Origin: Dehalococcoidia bacterium
GTDB taxonomy: Bacteria > Chloroflexota > Dehalococcoidia > Lucifugimonadales > CBDBON01
Assembly (NCBI GenBank): GCA_965208395.1
Contig: CBDBON010000002.1
Location: 532,010 to 596,009 of the forward strand
Reading direction: 5' to 3'
DNA length: 64,000 bases
Shown here: positions 29,368 to 37,913 of the stretch, in pieces
Layout of the letters: the number at the start of each line of letters is the position of its first letter
Numbering within the stretch: position 1 is the stretch's first letter
Made by a program: the position numbers and the translations under genes
The notes under the pieces: model-generated
The model's database searches: none
What the model was told of the DNA's origin: nothing
The model's input: the letters and a program-made list of their open reading frames with translations, nothing else

Positions 29368-29451
29368 GCACCCCCACCTCAAGCGCACTTTTTGGCCGGT
29401 TTTGTCATCGGGCCGTCGATTTTGCCCGCGTCATGCACCCCCACCTCAAGC
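29368..29451. promoter_or_regulatory. Two exact copies of GCACCCCCACCTCAAGC upstream of the degraded regulator
   Basis: 17-mers at 29368-29384 and 29435-29451, each followed by TTGTCATCG. They occupy the position that the 13-mers hold in copy 1. Confidence 0.4.
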
Positions 29452-29620
29452 CTCCTCTTGTCATCGCCGACCGGATTCCGCCCTTTCATCAGATTGCTCA
29501 CCGCTCACGTCCGGTAGAGGGGGTTTTGCCCCTGGTTCAGCTACGGAATCACGACTTTGACCAGTCAGTCACCAAACTCCTTTTCCTGTACACCCCTGCC
29601 ACTGCAAGAAACGGCCCGCC

Positions 29621-29666
29621 AAAAAGAGACCTCGGAAGGTGCCACCTTGCGTGAGGTCTTTTTTCG
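29621..29666. terminator. Bidirectional intrinsic-terminator-like hairpin
   Basis: AAAAAGAGACCTC-ggaaggtgccaccttgcgt-GAGGTCTTTTTT: a GC-rich stem flanked by an A-run and a T-run. Confidence 0.5.
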
Positions 29667-29782
29667 CGTCTGAACCGTTCACACTCTCTGGTGAACGCTG
29701 CGATCAAGTGCGTCGCAGCAGACCACGACGAGGTGAGCGAGGTGGCGCTGAGTTCGACAGAGCGACCAACAACCCCGGTGAC

Positions 29783-30017
29783 GCCGTGGCCTCCACGGCC
29801 TCATCCCGGTAGCCGGGTCTGGCCCCATTGCGTCTCGCCATCGCTACGGGGGATGAATGAAACCGGTTGCACGGATGAATACCCCCTCTGAGGGATAACG
29901 CTCGCCATTCCGGTCGCCCACACTGACGTAACGACCGGGCCGTAGTCCGGTAGGTCAACCCTGAGCACCTATCCGACCGCAAGCAAAGCGACAAGAGCAG
30001 CGATCTTGAAAGAAGCC
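29783..30017 (+). other. Candidate structured leader/ncRNA, copy 2
   Basis: Hairpins GCCGTGG-cct-CCACGGC (29783-29799) and CCCGG-tag-CCGGG (29805-29817). Core GAATGAAACCGGTTGCACGGATGAATACCCCCTCTGAGGGATAACGCTCG (29855-29904). Ends in TTGAAAGAAGCC (30006). Confidence 0.3.
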
Positions 30018-30212
30018 ACCCGCAGGACAGAGCAGAAGACGCGAAGGGAAGCCTCCGCGGAACTGCGCGTGGTGGCGATCAACTGCAACCCCGCTCCCGA
30101 CGCCCAGGACCGCCTGCGCAGGCTCTTCACGATACTGGCCAAGTTGACCCGGGACGAGGAGGCTTCCCCTGCGGACCCGACGCCTCAGCACGGCCCGGAA
30201 GGGGAGGACTGA
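30006..30212 (+). CDS. Small conserved ORF downstream of the leader element (TTG start)
   Basis: MKEATRRTEQ...AINCNPAPDAQDRLRRLF.. has a recognisable paralogue in copy 1 (LKEAENQTES...SDFNPGPDAEGRLRR, from TTG 27824). Function unknown. Confidence 0.3.
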   Translation: MKEATRRTEQKTRREASAELRVVAINCNPAPDAQDRLRRLFTILAKLTRDEEASPADPTPQHGPEGED

Positions 30213-30268
30213 GGCGTCTTGCAGGAAGCTGCGTCGTCCTTGACATGAGATTGCATTAGTGCCATCAT

Positions 30269-30517
30269 GTGAGTATCGTGAACAGGACTCTGGACGACAT
30301 GCGGCGCAACCCCCGGAACGTCCGGTTCGACGACCTCAGAAAGGTCTGCGACCACTACTTCGGAGAACCGAGGCAGAGGGGCAGCCATCTCTTCTACAGG
30401 ATGCCCTGGCAGGGCAGGCCGCTGGTGAACATCCAGCCCGTCCGGGGCATGGCCAAGGCGTACCAGGTCCGTCAGGCGCTCAAGGCAATCGACAGATTGG
30501 AGGAAATGCATGGCTGA
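30269..30517 (+). CDS. hicA: HicA-like toxin
   Basis: 82 aa with a ..RGSHLFYRMPWQGRPLVNIQPVRG..KAYQVRQALKAI pattern. It overlaps hicB by 8 nt. Confidence 0.55.
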   Translation: MSIVNRTLDDMRRNPRNVRFDDLRKVCDHYFGEPRQRGSHLFYRMPWQGRPLVNIQPVRGMAKAYQVRQALKAIDRLEEMHG

Positions 30518-30845
30518 ATTGATCGACCGCTACACCTACCGGGTCTTCTGGTCCGACGAGGACGGGGAGTACGTCGGCCTGTGCGCCGAGTTCGGCCTGC
30601 TGAGCCACCTGGACGATACCCCGGAAAAGGCCCTGACCGGGATTCGAGAGCTGGTGTCCCACGCCGTCCAACTGAATCTGGAGGAGGGCATCGAAGTCCC
30701 GGAGCCGATATCCACGCGCCGCTACAGCGGAACGATCACCCTGCGCATTCCCCCGGAGACCCACCGCGCCCTGGCGATGGAGGCCGCCGAGGCGGGCGTC
30801 AGCATGAACCGGCTGGCCACCGAACGACTGACGCTGCGACGTTAG
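30510..30845 (+). CDS. hicB: HicB-family antitoxin with a C-terminal ribbon-helix-helix
   Basis: YTYRVFWSDEDGEYVGLCAEFGLLSHLDDTPEKAL.. (HicB fold) plus SGTITLRIPPETHRALAMEAAEAGVSMNRL (RHH). Confidence 0.75.
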   Translation: MAELIDRYTYRVFWSDEDGEYVGLCAEFGLLSHLDDTPEKALTGIRELVSHAVQLNLEEGIEVPEPISTRRYSGTITLRIPPETHRALAMEAAEAGVSMNRLATERLTLRR

Positions 30846-30879
30846 CCTTAGCCAAGTCCTATACACAGAGGAGACAACC

Positions 30880-32496
30880 ATGCCAAGAATCAAGATGCAG
30901 CGCCGCAAGGCGAAGGAAGGCAGGGCGGCCATCTACGCCCGCGTCTCGGACCAGAGCCAGGACGCCGAGGACAAGACCTCCATCTCCGAGCAGATATCCG
31001 ACATGGAGGCCCACTGCGAAAAGCGCGGCCTGACCATCGTCGCCCGCTATCAGGAGGTGGGACAGGGCTGGTCGAAGAAGCGCCCGGAGTTCCAGAGGAT
31101 GCTCGCCGACGCCAGGCGAGGGCGCTTCGACACCATCGTCTGCTGGAAGTCCGACCGGCTCAGCAGGGGCATGTACCCCGCAGCCGCCCTCATGGAGGTG
31201 GTCGAGGCGCACCACATAGAGCTGGAAGCGGTCATGGACGCCATCGACATGAAGACCTTCGGACTGATGGCCGCCATCGGCAAGATCGAGCTCGACAACT
31301 TCCGGGAGAGGGCGTCGATGGGCAGGCGCGGCGCGGCCAAGCAGGGCCGCATCCCCATCGGCAACGTCCCCTACGGCTACCGCATCGGTGACGACGGCAG
31401 GCCCGAGTTAGAGGAGGACGAGGCCGAGGTCGTCCGGCGCATCTTCCGCATGTGCGTGCGGGACGACCTCGGAGCGCGGGTGATCGGCCAGCGGCTCATG
31501 GCCGACGGCGTTCCCGTCGCCAACGGAGGCAAGCGGTGGTGGGACGGCCAGATATACCGCATCCTCAGCAACGAGACCTACAAGGGGACGTGGTGGTACG
31601 GCAAGGCCCGCTACGTATCCACCGAGGATGGGACGCGAGTTTACGAGAAGGACAAGGAGACCTGGATACCCGTGCCGTTCCCGCAGCTAGTGGACGAGCA
31701 GACCTGGGATATGGCCCAGAGCCTCATGAAGAAGCGGCGCACCCGCTCCTACCGCAACACCAAGATATTCTACCTGTTGCAGCACCTGGTCCGGTGCACC
31801 GGATGCGGGATGCTGATGGGCTGCATGGCCACCAGGAAGCGGACGGTCAAGCGCAACGGCAAGGTCTACAAGTACGAGATGGACGTCCCCCGCCGCTACT
31901 ACAAGTGCTACGGCGTGCAGCACTTCCGCACGGGTTGCCGCAAGCACACGATGATCCGTGCGGAGCGGCTGGAGGGACTGGTCTGGGGCGAGGTCAAGAA
32001 GGTGCTGGAGTCCCCCGGCCTCATCGTCTCCGGCATCGAGTCGCTGGACACTCAGGAGGACGGAGGGCTGGAGAACCAGATTGCCAGGGCGGAGCGCGAG
32101 CTTCAGAGGGTGCAGTTCGAGGAAGACCGGGTGATCAGACTCTACGTCACCGAGAAGATCACCGAGGAGCAGATGGACCGGCAGCGCAAGTTCATCACCG
32201 AGCGGTTGGAGACGCTGCGGAAAGGGCTGGACGACCTCCGCGCCAGGGAGATGGCGGCGATGGAGAAGCTGGCTTTGGGTGAGCACGTGGTCGAGTGGGC
32301 CAACCGGGTCGGCGACAGACTGGACGACCTGCCGGACGAGGAGCGCCGCGAGGTGTTGCGGCTCCTTCTCGACGAGGTGACCATCGACGGGGAGAACAAC
32401 GTCAATCTCACCCTCGGCATCCCAACGGAAGAGTTAGAGTCAATTGAACCACCGGTAACAGATTCTCGCTGTAGAATTCGTCCACGCTCTCGATGA
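30880..32496 (+). CDS. Large serine recombinase (island integrase)
   Basis: AAIYARVSDQSQ catalytic Ser, resolvase domain, recombinase domain (PYGYRIG..), zinc ribbon (CTGCGMLMGC...YYKCYG) and coiled coil. The last ~12 codons lie beyond the island junction at 32458. Confidence 0.9.
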   Translation: MPRIKMQRRKAKEGRAAIYARVSDQSQDAEDKTSISEQISDMEAHCEKRGLTIVARYQEVGQGWSKKRPEFQRMLADARRGRFDTIVCWKSDRLSRGMYPAAALMEVVEAHHIELEAVMDAIDMKTFGLMAAIGKIELDNFRERASMGRRGAAKQGRIPIGNVPYGYRIGDDGRPELEEDEAEVVRRIFRMCVRDDLGARVIGQRLMADGVPVANGGKRWWDGQIYRILSNETYKGTWWYGKARYVSTEDGTRVYEKDKETWIPVPFPQLVDEQTWDMAQSLMKKRRTRSYRNTKIFYLLQHLVRCTGCGMLMGCMATRKRTVKRNGKVYKYEMDVPRRYYKCYGVQHFRTGCRKHTMIRAERLEGLVWGEVKKVLESPGLIVSGIESLDTQEDGGLENQIARAERELQRVQFEEDRVIRLYVTEKITEEQMDRQRKFITERLETLRKGLDDLRAREMAAMEKLALGEHVVEWANRVGDRLDDLPDEERREVLRLLLDEVTIDGENNVNLTLGIPTEELESIEPPVTDSRCRIRPRSR

Positions 32497-32899
32497 TGCC
32501 CTCAAGCAGCCTGCCGGTGGCGGTGTCCTCGGCCTGCTCGGTGATGGACACCACTCGGATGCCCTTGCGCCGAAGCATGGACTTGAAGGCGACGGCGTGC
32601 TCGCGCTTCCGGGTGAACCTCGAAAACTTCCAGACGAGGATTTCCTTGAAGGGAGCCTTGGGCTTGGCGGCCTCATCCAGCATCTTGCGGAACTCGGGGC
32701 GGTCGGCGACACGGCCGCTTTCGGCCTCGTCCACGTACTCCCGGAAGACCATGTATCCGTTTTTGGCGGCGTAGTCCCTGAGCGCCCTGAGCTGTGCAGC
32801 AACGGAGTTGTCCACGTCCTGCCGGTCGCTGGACACCCTGGCGTAGAGGGCCACGGGCGTGTAGTCGTGTCGTCGAATCATCCGTTCCTCCTTGCTCAT
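32408..32899 (-). pseudogene. Large serine recombinase, N-terminal catalytic-domain fragment (partner of 6514..7794)
   Basis: From ATG 32899: MSKEERMIRRHDYTPVALYARVSSDRQ...LLEGIIESVDEFYSENL. After nt 32459 the frame reads junk (LPVVQLTLTLPLGCRG*) that is island DNA. Confidence 0.8.
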
Positions 32900-33093
32900 T
32901 CCATTGCCTTTCTGTGGGCCTCGGCCCGTTGGCGGCGCTGTCGCCGCTGCCACTCCCGTTCCTCCATGTACAGGCGGATGGCCTCGCGGAGGAACTCGCT
33001 CATCGTGCGGCCCTCCTCCTTGAGCACCTGCTGTACTTGCTCGGCCATCTCCGGGGGCATGGAAAAGGTGATGGCCTTCCGGGTCGTGGGCAT
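32896..33093 (-). CDS. Ribbon-helix-helix (CopG-like) protein coupled to the disrupted LSR
   Basis: MPTTRKAITFSMPPEMAEQVQQVLKEEGRTMSEFLREAIRLYM is an RHH pattern. Its stop overlaps the LSR ATG (ATGA). Confidence 0.65.
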   Translation of the reverse strand: MPTTRKAITFSMPPEMAEQVQQVLKEEGRTMSEFLREAIRLYMEEREWQRRQRRQRAEAHRKAME

Positions 33094-33248
33094 TCTCTTT
33101 CTTCTCCTCGCTGAGTATGACGCTGGCATACTCTATCATGAACGATCTGGGGCACGCTGTCAAGGGAATACCCTTGGACAATCGTGTCCCTCTCGAATGG
33201 CAGAGGTGCACAATATATGGTGGTCTGCCTCTACTGACCACCGACAGA

Positions 33249-33277
33249 TTGACATTCCTGAGATGGCCAGCTATCGT
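33249..33277 (+). promoter_or_regulatory. Candidate sigma70-type promoter for the LexA-like/CBASS operon
   Basis: TTGACA (33249-33254), 17-nt spacer, TATCGT (33272-33277). A near-palindrome CACAATATATGGTG lies at 33209-33222 in the same divergent region. Confidence 0.3.
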
Positions 33278-33314
33278 AAGAGAACGTATCCACCAAAACT
33301 ATTCCGTTATTGCT

Positions 33315-33995
33315 ATGGGACGTCCAAAGATAATAGACCGAGAGCAAATGCTGCGGGCCATCAGCCATGGGATAGTGCGTCGAGGGATGGCGCCTACGAT
33401 TGAAGAGCTTCGGAAGGCCCTAGGTGTGGGGTCAACCAACACTGTTCTGCGGTACCTCCGTGAGTTGGAAGAGGAAGGCCATATTGAACGTTGGCCTGGC
33501 GCTCGCGGCATAAGACTCATCAAAGGGGTTGGAGGCGAGTTGAATACTCGGCCGATCCCGATAGTTGGGACCGTGCCTGCAGGTCCTCTGATGCTAGCTG
33601 AAGAGAACTTTGAGGCCTGGGTACGTCTCCAAGAAGCCGTCCTCACTCCTTCGACTGCGCAGTTCTTCCTGCTTCGTGTCAGAGGGGACTCCATGAACAG
33701 GGCGAAAGTCCGCGGAGGCAGAATCGAGGACGGCGACTTGCTGTTGATTCGTCAGCAAGCTCAGGCCGAACCCGGGCAGATCGTAGTAGTAGTCATCGAC
33801 GGTGAGGCTACCGTTAAGCGACTGGCTGCTGGGCCAGATTACTGGGTCCTGAAGCCTGAATCTAGCAACAGGGTACATCAACCAATTGTTCTCAACAGGG
33901 AAGCCATCATTCAGGGAGTGGCGTGCCGCGTCCTGAAGCAGGCTTCTGAGATCTTGGACTACGAAGACATGGAACTGACACAGACACGAGGGTAG
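33315..33995 (+). CDS. LexA-like S24 autocleavable repressor
   Basis: wHTH (TIEELRKALGVGSTNTVLRYLRELEEEGHIER), Ala-Gly site in IVGTVPAGPL, and Ser/Lys dyad blocks VRGDSM and ATVKRL. Confidence 0.8.
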   Translation: MGRPKIIDREQMLRAISHGIVRRGMAPTIEELRKALGVGSTNTVLRYLRELEEEGHIERWPGARGIRLIKGVGGELNTRPIPIVGTVPAGPLMLAEENFEAWVRLQEAVLTPSTAQFFLLRVRGDSMNRAKVRGGRIEDGDLLLIRQQAQAEPGQIVVVVIDGEATVKRLAAGPDYWVLKPESSNRVHQPIVLNREAIIQGVACRVLKQASEILDYEDMELTQTRG

Positions 33996-34003
33996 ACATT
34001 TCA

Positions 34004-34972
34004 ATGAGAGACCCGTTCATAGCACACGCCGAGATTCGCAACTTTGCTGATGCACGAGTGAATCTGCCGTCGGACACCGCGCGTCGGTACCGGGAGCAGG
34101 TGAACCGCCTGCGAGAAACTCTCGCAAAGCACATCGCAGACAACCCAGGCTTCGCTTTGGTCAAGATGCTCCATGCCGGAAGCGTTGCGAAGGGGACTGC
34201 CCTTCGCACCATTAACGACCTTGATGCCGCCGTATACGTGAGGAGGGACCAAACTCCCGGTGACGAGAGGCAGTTGGTGCCGTGGGTGGCAGACCGGCTC
34301 CGTGAAGCATATCCCACCAAAGATGCAAGCGACTTCACGGAATCACCGCATTGCGTGACGATTCATTTCCGGGGAACTGACCTAAATGTCGATGTGGTCC
34401 CTGTGCTTTACGAGGGCGACGAAGACGATTACGGCTATCTGGTGGATAAGTTCACTGGCGAACGACTTCTTACGTGCATTCCACGCCATCTTGAGTTTGT
34501 TCGCAAGCGAAAAGCTGCCAACCAGACGCATTTCGCCCAGGTGGTTCGCCTAGTGAAGTGGTGGGCAAGCCAACGAAAGGCGGAGAACGCCAACTTCAAG
34601 TGCAAGTCTTTCCTATTGGAACTGCTTGTTGCTCACCTGGCCGATGGCGGTGCTGACCTAAAGGATTACCCACAGGTTCTTGAAGGGTTCTTCAGCCATG
34701 TAGTGAAGACTGGCCTTGAGGAGCGTGTGGCGTTCGCTGACTACTATCCAGCCAGTCGTCTACCACGTCCTACGGGTGCCGCCATCGAAGTCTTCGATCC
34801 GGTCAACGCCGAAAACAATGTCACCGACAAATACGCGTGGGCTGACCGTGAGGCCCTCGTCGATGCTGCAGAAGAGGCGGCAGACGCAATACGAGAGGCT
34901 TTGTATTCCACCACCAAGGGGCGCGCAATAGAACTGTGGCAGGTAGTCCTTGGACCATCATTCAGAGGGTAG
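34004..34972 (+). CDS. CD-NTase / SMODS-type nucleotidyltransferase (CBASS cyclase)
   Basis: GSVAKGTALRTINDLDAAVYV (GS...DxD) and a downstream NVDVVPV third-acidic block. It is followed by HORMA, TRIP13 and SAVED genes. Confidence 0.75.
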   Translation: MRDPFIAHAEIRNFADARVNLPSDTARRYREQVNRLRETLAKHIADNPGFALVKMLHAGSVAKGTALRTINDLDAAVYVRRDQTPGDERQLVPWVADRLREAYPTKDASDFTESPHCVTIHFRGTDLNVDVVPVLYEGDEDDYGYLVDKFTGERLLTCIPRHLEFVRKRKAANQTHFAQVVRLVKWWASQRKAENANFKCKSFLLELLVAHLADGGADLKDYPQVLEGFFSHVVKTGLEERVAFADYYPASRLPRPTGAAIEVFDPVNAENNVTDKYAWADREALVDAAEEAADAIREALYSTTKGRAIELWQVVLGPSFRG

Positions 34973-34978
34973 CCGGAC

Positions 34979-35482
34979 ATGACGAACACTTACACAACCA
35001 GCGCTACGTACACCAAGACTAACGTGGAGTACGTGGCTTCGAAGGTGATTGCAGACCTCAGGGCCTTGCGCGCCTACTACGGCCAGCCGAGCGAGTCCAA
35101 GATATGGGAATTCTACGAAGAGTTGGTCGAACTCCTGGCTGGTGGCTACGTGGCCAGCGTGGAGTATGGCTTCAAGCGGAACGGACAGCGAGTCGTAAGC
35201 CTGTATTACGAGGCGCGAACGGATGGTTCACTGTCGGATGGGAGATCCGGTGGCGTTTTCGCAAGGGCAAACATCTCTGGAGCAACTTGGTTCTCCTTTC
35301 TCGAGTACAGCTGGAAATGGGATTCGCTCTCTCCTGCCGCGCAGCGGCAAGTCGAGGACCGGATTACCCTCAAGCGCACCTACGGACAGGCTCCTGGAGA
35401 CGGCAACGGCTACTGGAATACAGATCGCACCTACTCCTCGCAAGGCCTAGGTGTGCAGCGCCGGACGTTCCGTCCCTACTAG
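34979..35482 (+). CDS. Bacterial HORMA-domain protein (Cap7-like)
   Basis: 167 aa, positioned between the cyclase and the TRIP13-like ATPase. The block YGQPSESKIWEFYEELVELLAGGYVASVEYGF resembles bacterial HORMA1 proteins as I recall them. Confidence 0.6.
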   Translation: MTNTYTTSATYTKTNVEYVASKVIADLRALRAYYGQPSESKIWEFYEELVELLAGGYVASVEYGFKRNGQRVVSLYYEARTDGSLSDGRSGGVFARANISGATWFSFLEYSWKWDSLSPAAQRQVEDRITLKRTYGQAPGDGNGYWNTDRTYSSQGLGVQRRTFRPY

Positions 35483-35492
35483 GTGACTAGAT

Positions 35493-36434
35493 ATGACCTC
35501 CCCAAACCTGTTCGATGAAATCAGAGACCTGCCCGATGAGGAAGCAGCTCGGCAGTTCAGCCGCCTGATTGGACTAGACCACCTCAAGAATGTCTTGGTA
35601 AAGCAAGCACGCCTATTGCTGACGCCGGGACTGCTGGAAGAGTGGAGCAGGCAGCATCACAACGTCGTCTTGCCATGTGTCGATGACTTCAGCCGACGGC
35701 CTCCGCTGATCGTGTTTTCCGGAGATGTGGGAACGGGGAAGACAACGCTTGCAGATAGCTTCGGCGACCCCGTTGCGCGAAGTGAGAAGTTGGCAAGAGT
35801 CACTCTTCTTCGGTTGAGTCTCATGACGCGTGGCAGAGGGGCTGTGGGTGAGATGACCCACCTCATATCGCAAGCCTTCGATGAGGTGGTGGAGCTGGCG
35901 AGGAAGGGGAGCAATCCGTCGGGGAAGCCTTCGTCGGCCGTCATATTTGTCATAGATGAAGCCGATGCGCTTGCAGAATCGCGGGCTACCGAACAGATGC
36001 ATCATGAGGATCGCGCCGGTGTCAATGTGCTGATCAGAGGTATTGATCGGCTTGCGCGGGATCGGCTGCCCGGCCTGGTTGTGCTCTGCACGAATCGAGT
36101 CGAATCACTCGACCCGGCAGTCATGCGTCGGGCAGCCGTTCATCATGAGTTCAAGCGGCCGACCGATGAGCAGAGGGAATCGGTATTGCGTGACGCTTTT
36201 GGGAACACATTCGACGACACCCAGTATCGTGAACTTGCTCTCCTAACTGGTCCACACCGGAATGGACGAGACTACGGCTACACCTTCTCGGACATAGCTC
36301 AGAGATTTGTGCCTAACCTTCTCCTTGAGGCTTTTCCGGAGCGTCCTGTGACGTTCGACCTGGCCAGGTCAGTTCTGGACCGATTGGAGCCAACAGCTCC
36401 ATTCGTGTCCATGGAAAGCCGAGCGAAGCCGTGA
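35493..36434 (+). CDS. TRIP13/Pch2-like AAA+ ATPase (Cap6-like)
   Basis: Walker A GDVGTGKTT and Walker B VIFVIDEADAL. The size and operon position are typical of type III CBASS. Confidence 0.75.
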   Translation: MTSPNLFDEIRDLPDEEAARQFSRLIGLDHLKNVLVKQARLLLTPGLLEEWSRQHHNVVLPCVDDFSRRPPLIVFSGDVGTGKTTLADSFGDPVARSEKLARVTLLRLSLMTRGRGAVGEMTHLISQAFDEVVELARKGSNPSGKPSSAVIFVIDEADALAESRATEQMHHEDRAGVNVLIRGIDRLARDRLPGLVVLCTNRVESLDPAVMRRAAVHHEFKRPTDEQRESVLRDAFGNTFDDTQYRELALLTGPHRNGRDYGYTFSDIAQRFVPNLLLEAFPERPVTFDLARSVLDRLEPTAPFVSMESRAKP

Positions 36435-37885
36435 CCACCGGACTGAGTGCGAGCGGTGCCCGAATCAGGGGCGACGACTACCAGCATCTGTTCGCATGGA
36501 TTCAGGTGCTCAGGGCAATTCAGGTTGGCAGTGATATCGTCGAAATCGGAATAGAAGATCCCGAAGCGGGCAATGCCGACGACGTAACGGTCTACAGGGA
36601 TGGCGGAGGCCGCGAATACTATCAGGTGAAGTCTTCGGTCGAAACGAGGGAAGCTGCTGGCATTGAGTGGTTGATGAACCCCAGCCGGGCAGGCGGACCT
36701 AGCATCCTGCAGGGATTCTACAGCTTATGGGTGGGTGAGGAGGAGGGACGTAGGCCCAAGGTGAGCCTTGTTACCAATCGCCTCGCCTTGGACGGCGACC
36801 CGATTTTGGGTAGAAGAGACGGGCGTGACGCCTCAGTAGCACGGGGGGTGAAACTGTCGTCACCCAAGTCAGAGACTGGCGCTGCCCGCAAGAGAATTGC
36901 TGATCATCTCCAGGTCCGGGAGGAGGAGGTACACCTTTTTCTCGATGACCTATCCTTCAATCTGGGCAAGACCAATGACGATTGGAGGGAATTTGCAAAG
37001 CCACTCATGTTCGCAGCAGGCCTTCGCCATGACGAAGGTGCCGTTTCTGAAGGCATGAGAATCGTGAGAGAGTGGGTTACCGGGGGTCAGAGGAAGCTGA
37101 CGACGGCCGAGTTGCGGGAAACGGTTGAGCACTTGAGGCGCCCGGATGACCTGCCGGCAGCTTCGCTTCTCATACAGGCAATTGATCGGGACTCCATGCC
37201 AGAGGCCTCCACCATCGTCCTTGACTGGGCGAACTCGTTCCCTGGGGATGAGGCGAGAGTTCGCCGCCTGCCGCATGACCAAGCGCTATGGAACGACAGT
37301 TTCCGACCGGAGATCCGAAGGGCAGCACAGGACTTGAGGGGGCAGGGACAGACCAATGTTCTTGTTCGCGGTTACATGCGCTTGCCCACGTGGTTCGCTG
37401 CGGGAGTTGAACTGAACAGGACCGCTGGCTTTCAGGTTACGTCGTTTCAGGGCCAGACTCCCTGGTCCTCAGAGGGAACGCTCTCTAAAATCGCTATCGA
37501 GCAGGTCGCTACGAGTTTAGGACTTGGCGAGGACATCGCAATAGGCCTAGCTTTGGCGTTTGATCTATCGCCGGATGTGTTGGCCTACCTTCGTGAATTG
37601 GAGATGGGTGTGGCCCACTACGTTTGCTTGCAGCCGGTGGGCGGTGCAAACAGTCAAGCTATCCGCAGTGCTGCTCAGGCTAGGTGCTGGGCCTATGAAG
37701 CACGTGACTCTATCCGGCGTCTCGTTCAAGAAAACAGACCCAAACGCATTCATCTGTTCTTAGCGGGGCCGCATGGTGCGACGCTCTTGCTAGGCCACCT
37801 GTGGGACCGAATGCCACCCACACAGCTATATGAAGACCTGGGACCAACCAAAGGGTACAGCCCTTCATATCTGATTCCGAATTGA
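36431..37885 (+). CDS. Cap4-like effector: N-terminal PD-(D/E)xK nuclease (DUF4297-like) plus C-terminal SAVED-like domain
   Basis: N-terminal RGDDYQHLFAWIQVL...DDVTVY...EYYQVKSS, and a C-terminal ..RIHLFLAGPHGATLLLGHLWDRMPPTQLYE SAVED-type ending. The GTG overlaps the upstream stop. Confidence 0.7.
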   Translation: MTTGLSASGARIRGDDYQHLFAWIQVLRAIQVGSDIVEIGIEDPEAGNADDVTVYRDGGGREYYQVKSSVETREAAGIEWLMNPSRAGGPSILQGFYSLWVGEEEGRRPKVSLVTNRLALDGDPILGRRDGRDASVARGVKLSSPKSETGAARKRIADHLQVREEEVHLFLDDLSFNLGKTNDDWREFAKPLMFAAGLRHDEGAVSEGMRIVREWVTGGQRKLTTAELRETVEHLRRPDDLPAASLLIQAIDRDSMPEASTIVLDWANSFPGDEARVRRLPHDQALWNDSFRPEIRRAAQDLRGQGQTNVLVRGYMRLPTWFAAGVELNRTAGFQVTSFQGQTPWSSEGTLSKIAIEQVATSLGLGEDIAIGLALAFDLSPDVLAYLRELEMGVAHYVCLQPVGGANSQAIRSAAQARCWAYEARDSIRRLVQENRPKRIHLFLAGPHGATLLLGHLWDRMPPTQLYEDLGPTKGYSPSYLIPN

Positions 37886-37913
37886 GGAACCGTACGTAGA
37901 ACAGGAGCATCGA

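Larger units (their letters stand above)
7795..32458. mobile_element. ~24.7-kb integrative island inserted in an LSR gene, carrying its own LSR at the right end
   Basis: It is bounded by the two halves of one disrupted LSR gene. The same CAG is at both junctions (7792-7794, 32459-32461). An intact LSR (30880..32496) abuts and crosses the right junction. Confidence 0.75.

Noticed and set aside
30240-30268. TTGACA-17-CATCAT upstream of hicA as a promoter
   Set aside because: The -10 is weak and abuts the annotated GTG. A leaderless arrangement would be needed, which is too speculative to list as a feature.
33130-33314. Search for a canonical LexA/Cheo box (GAAC-N4-GTTC) upstream of the LexA-like gene
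   Set aside because: Only half-site-like strings were seen (GAACGATC, GAACGTATCCAC), so no SOS box is claimed.
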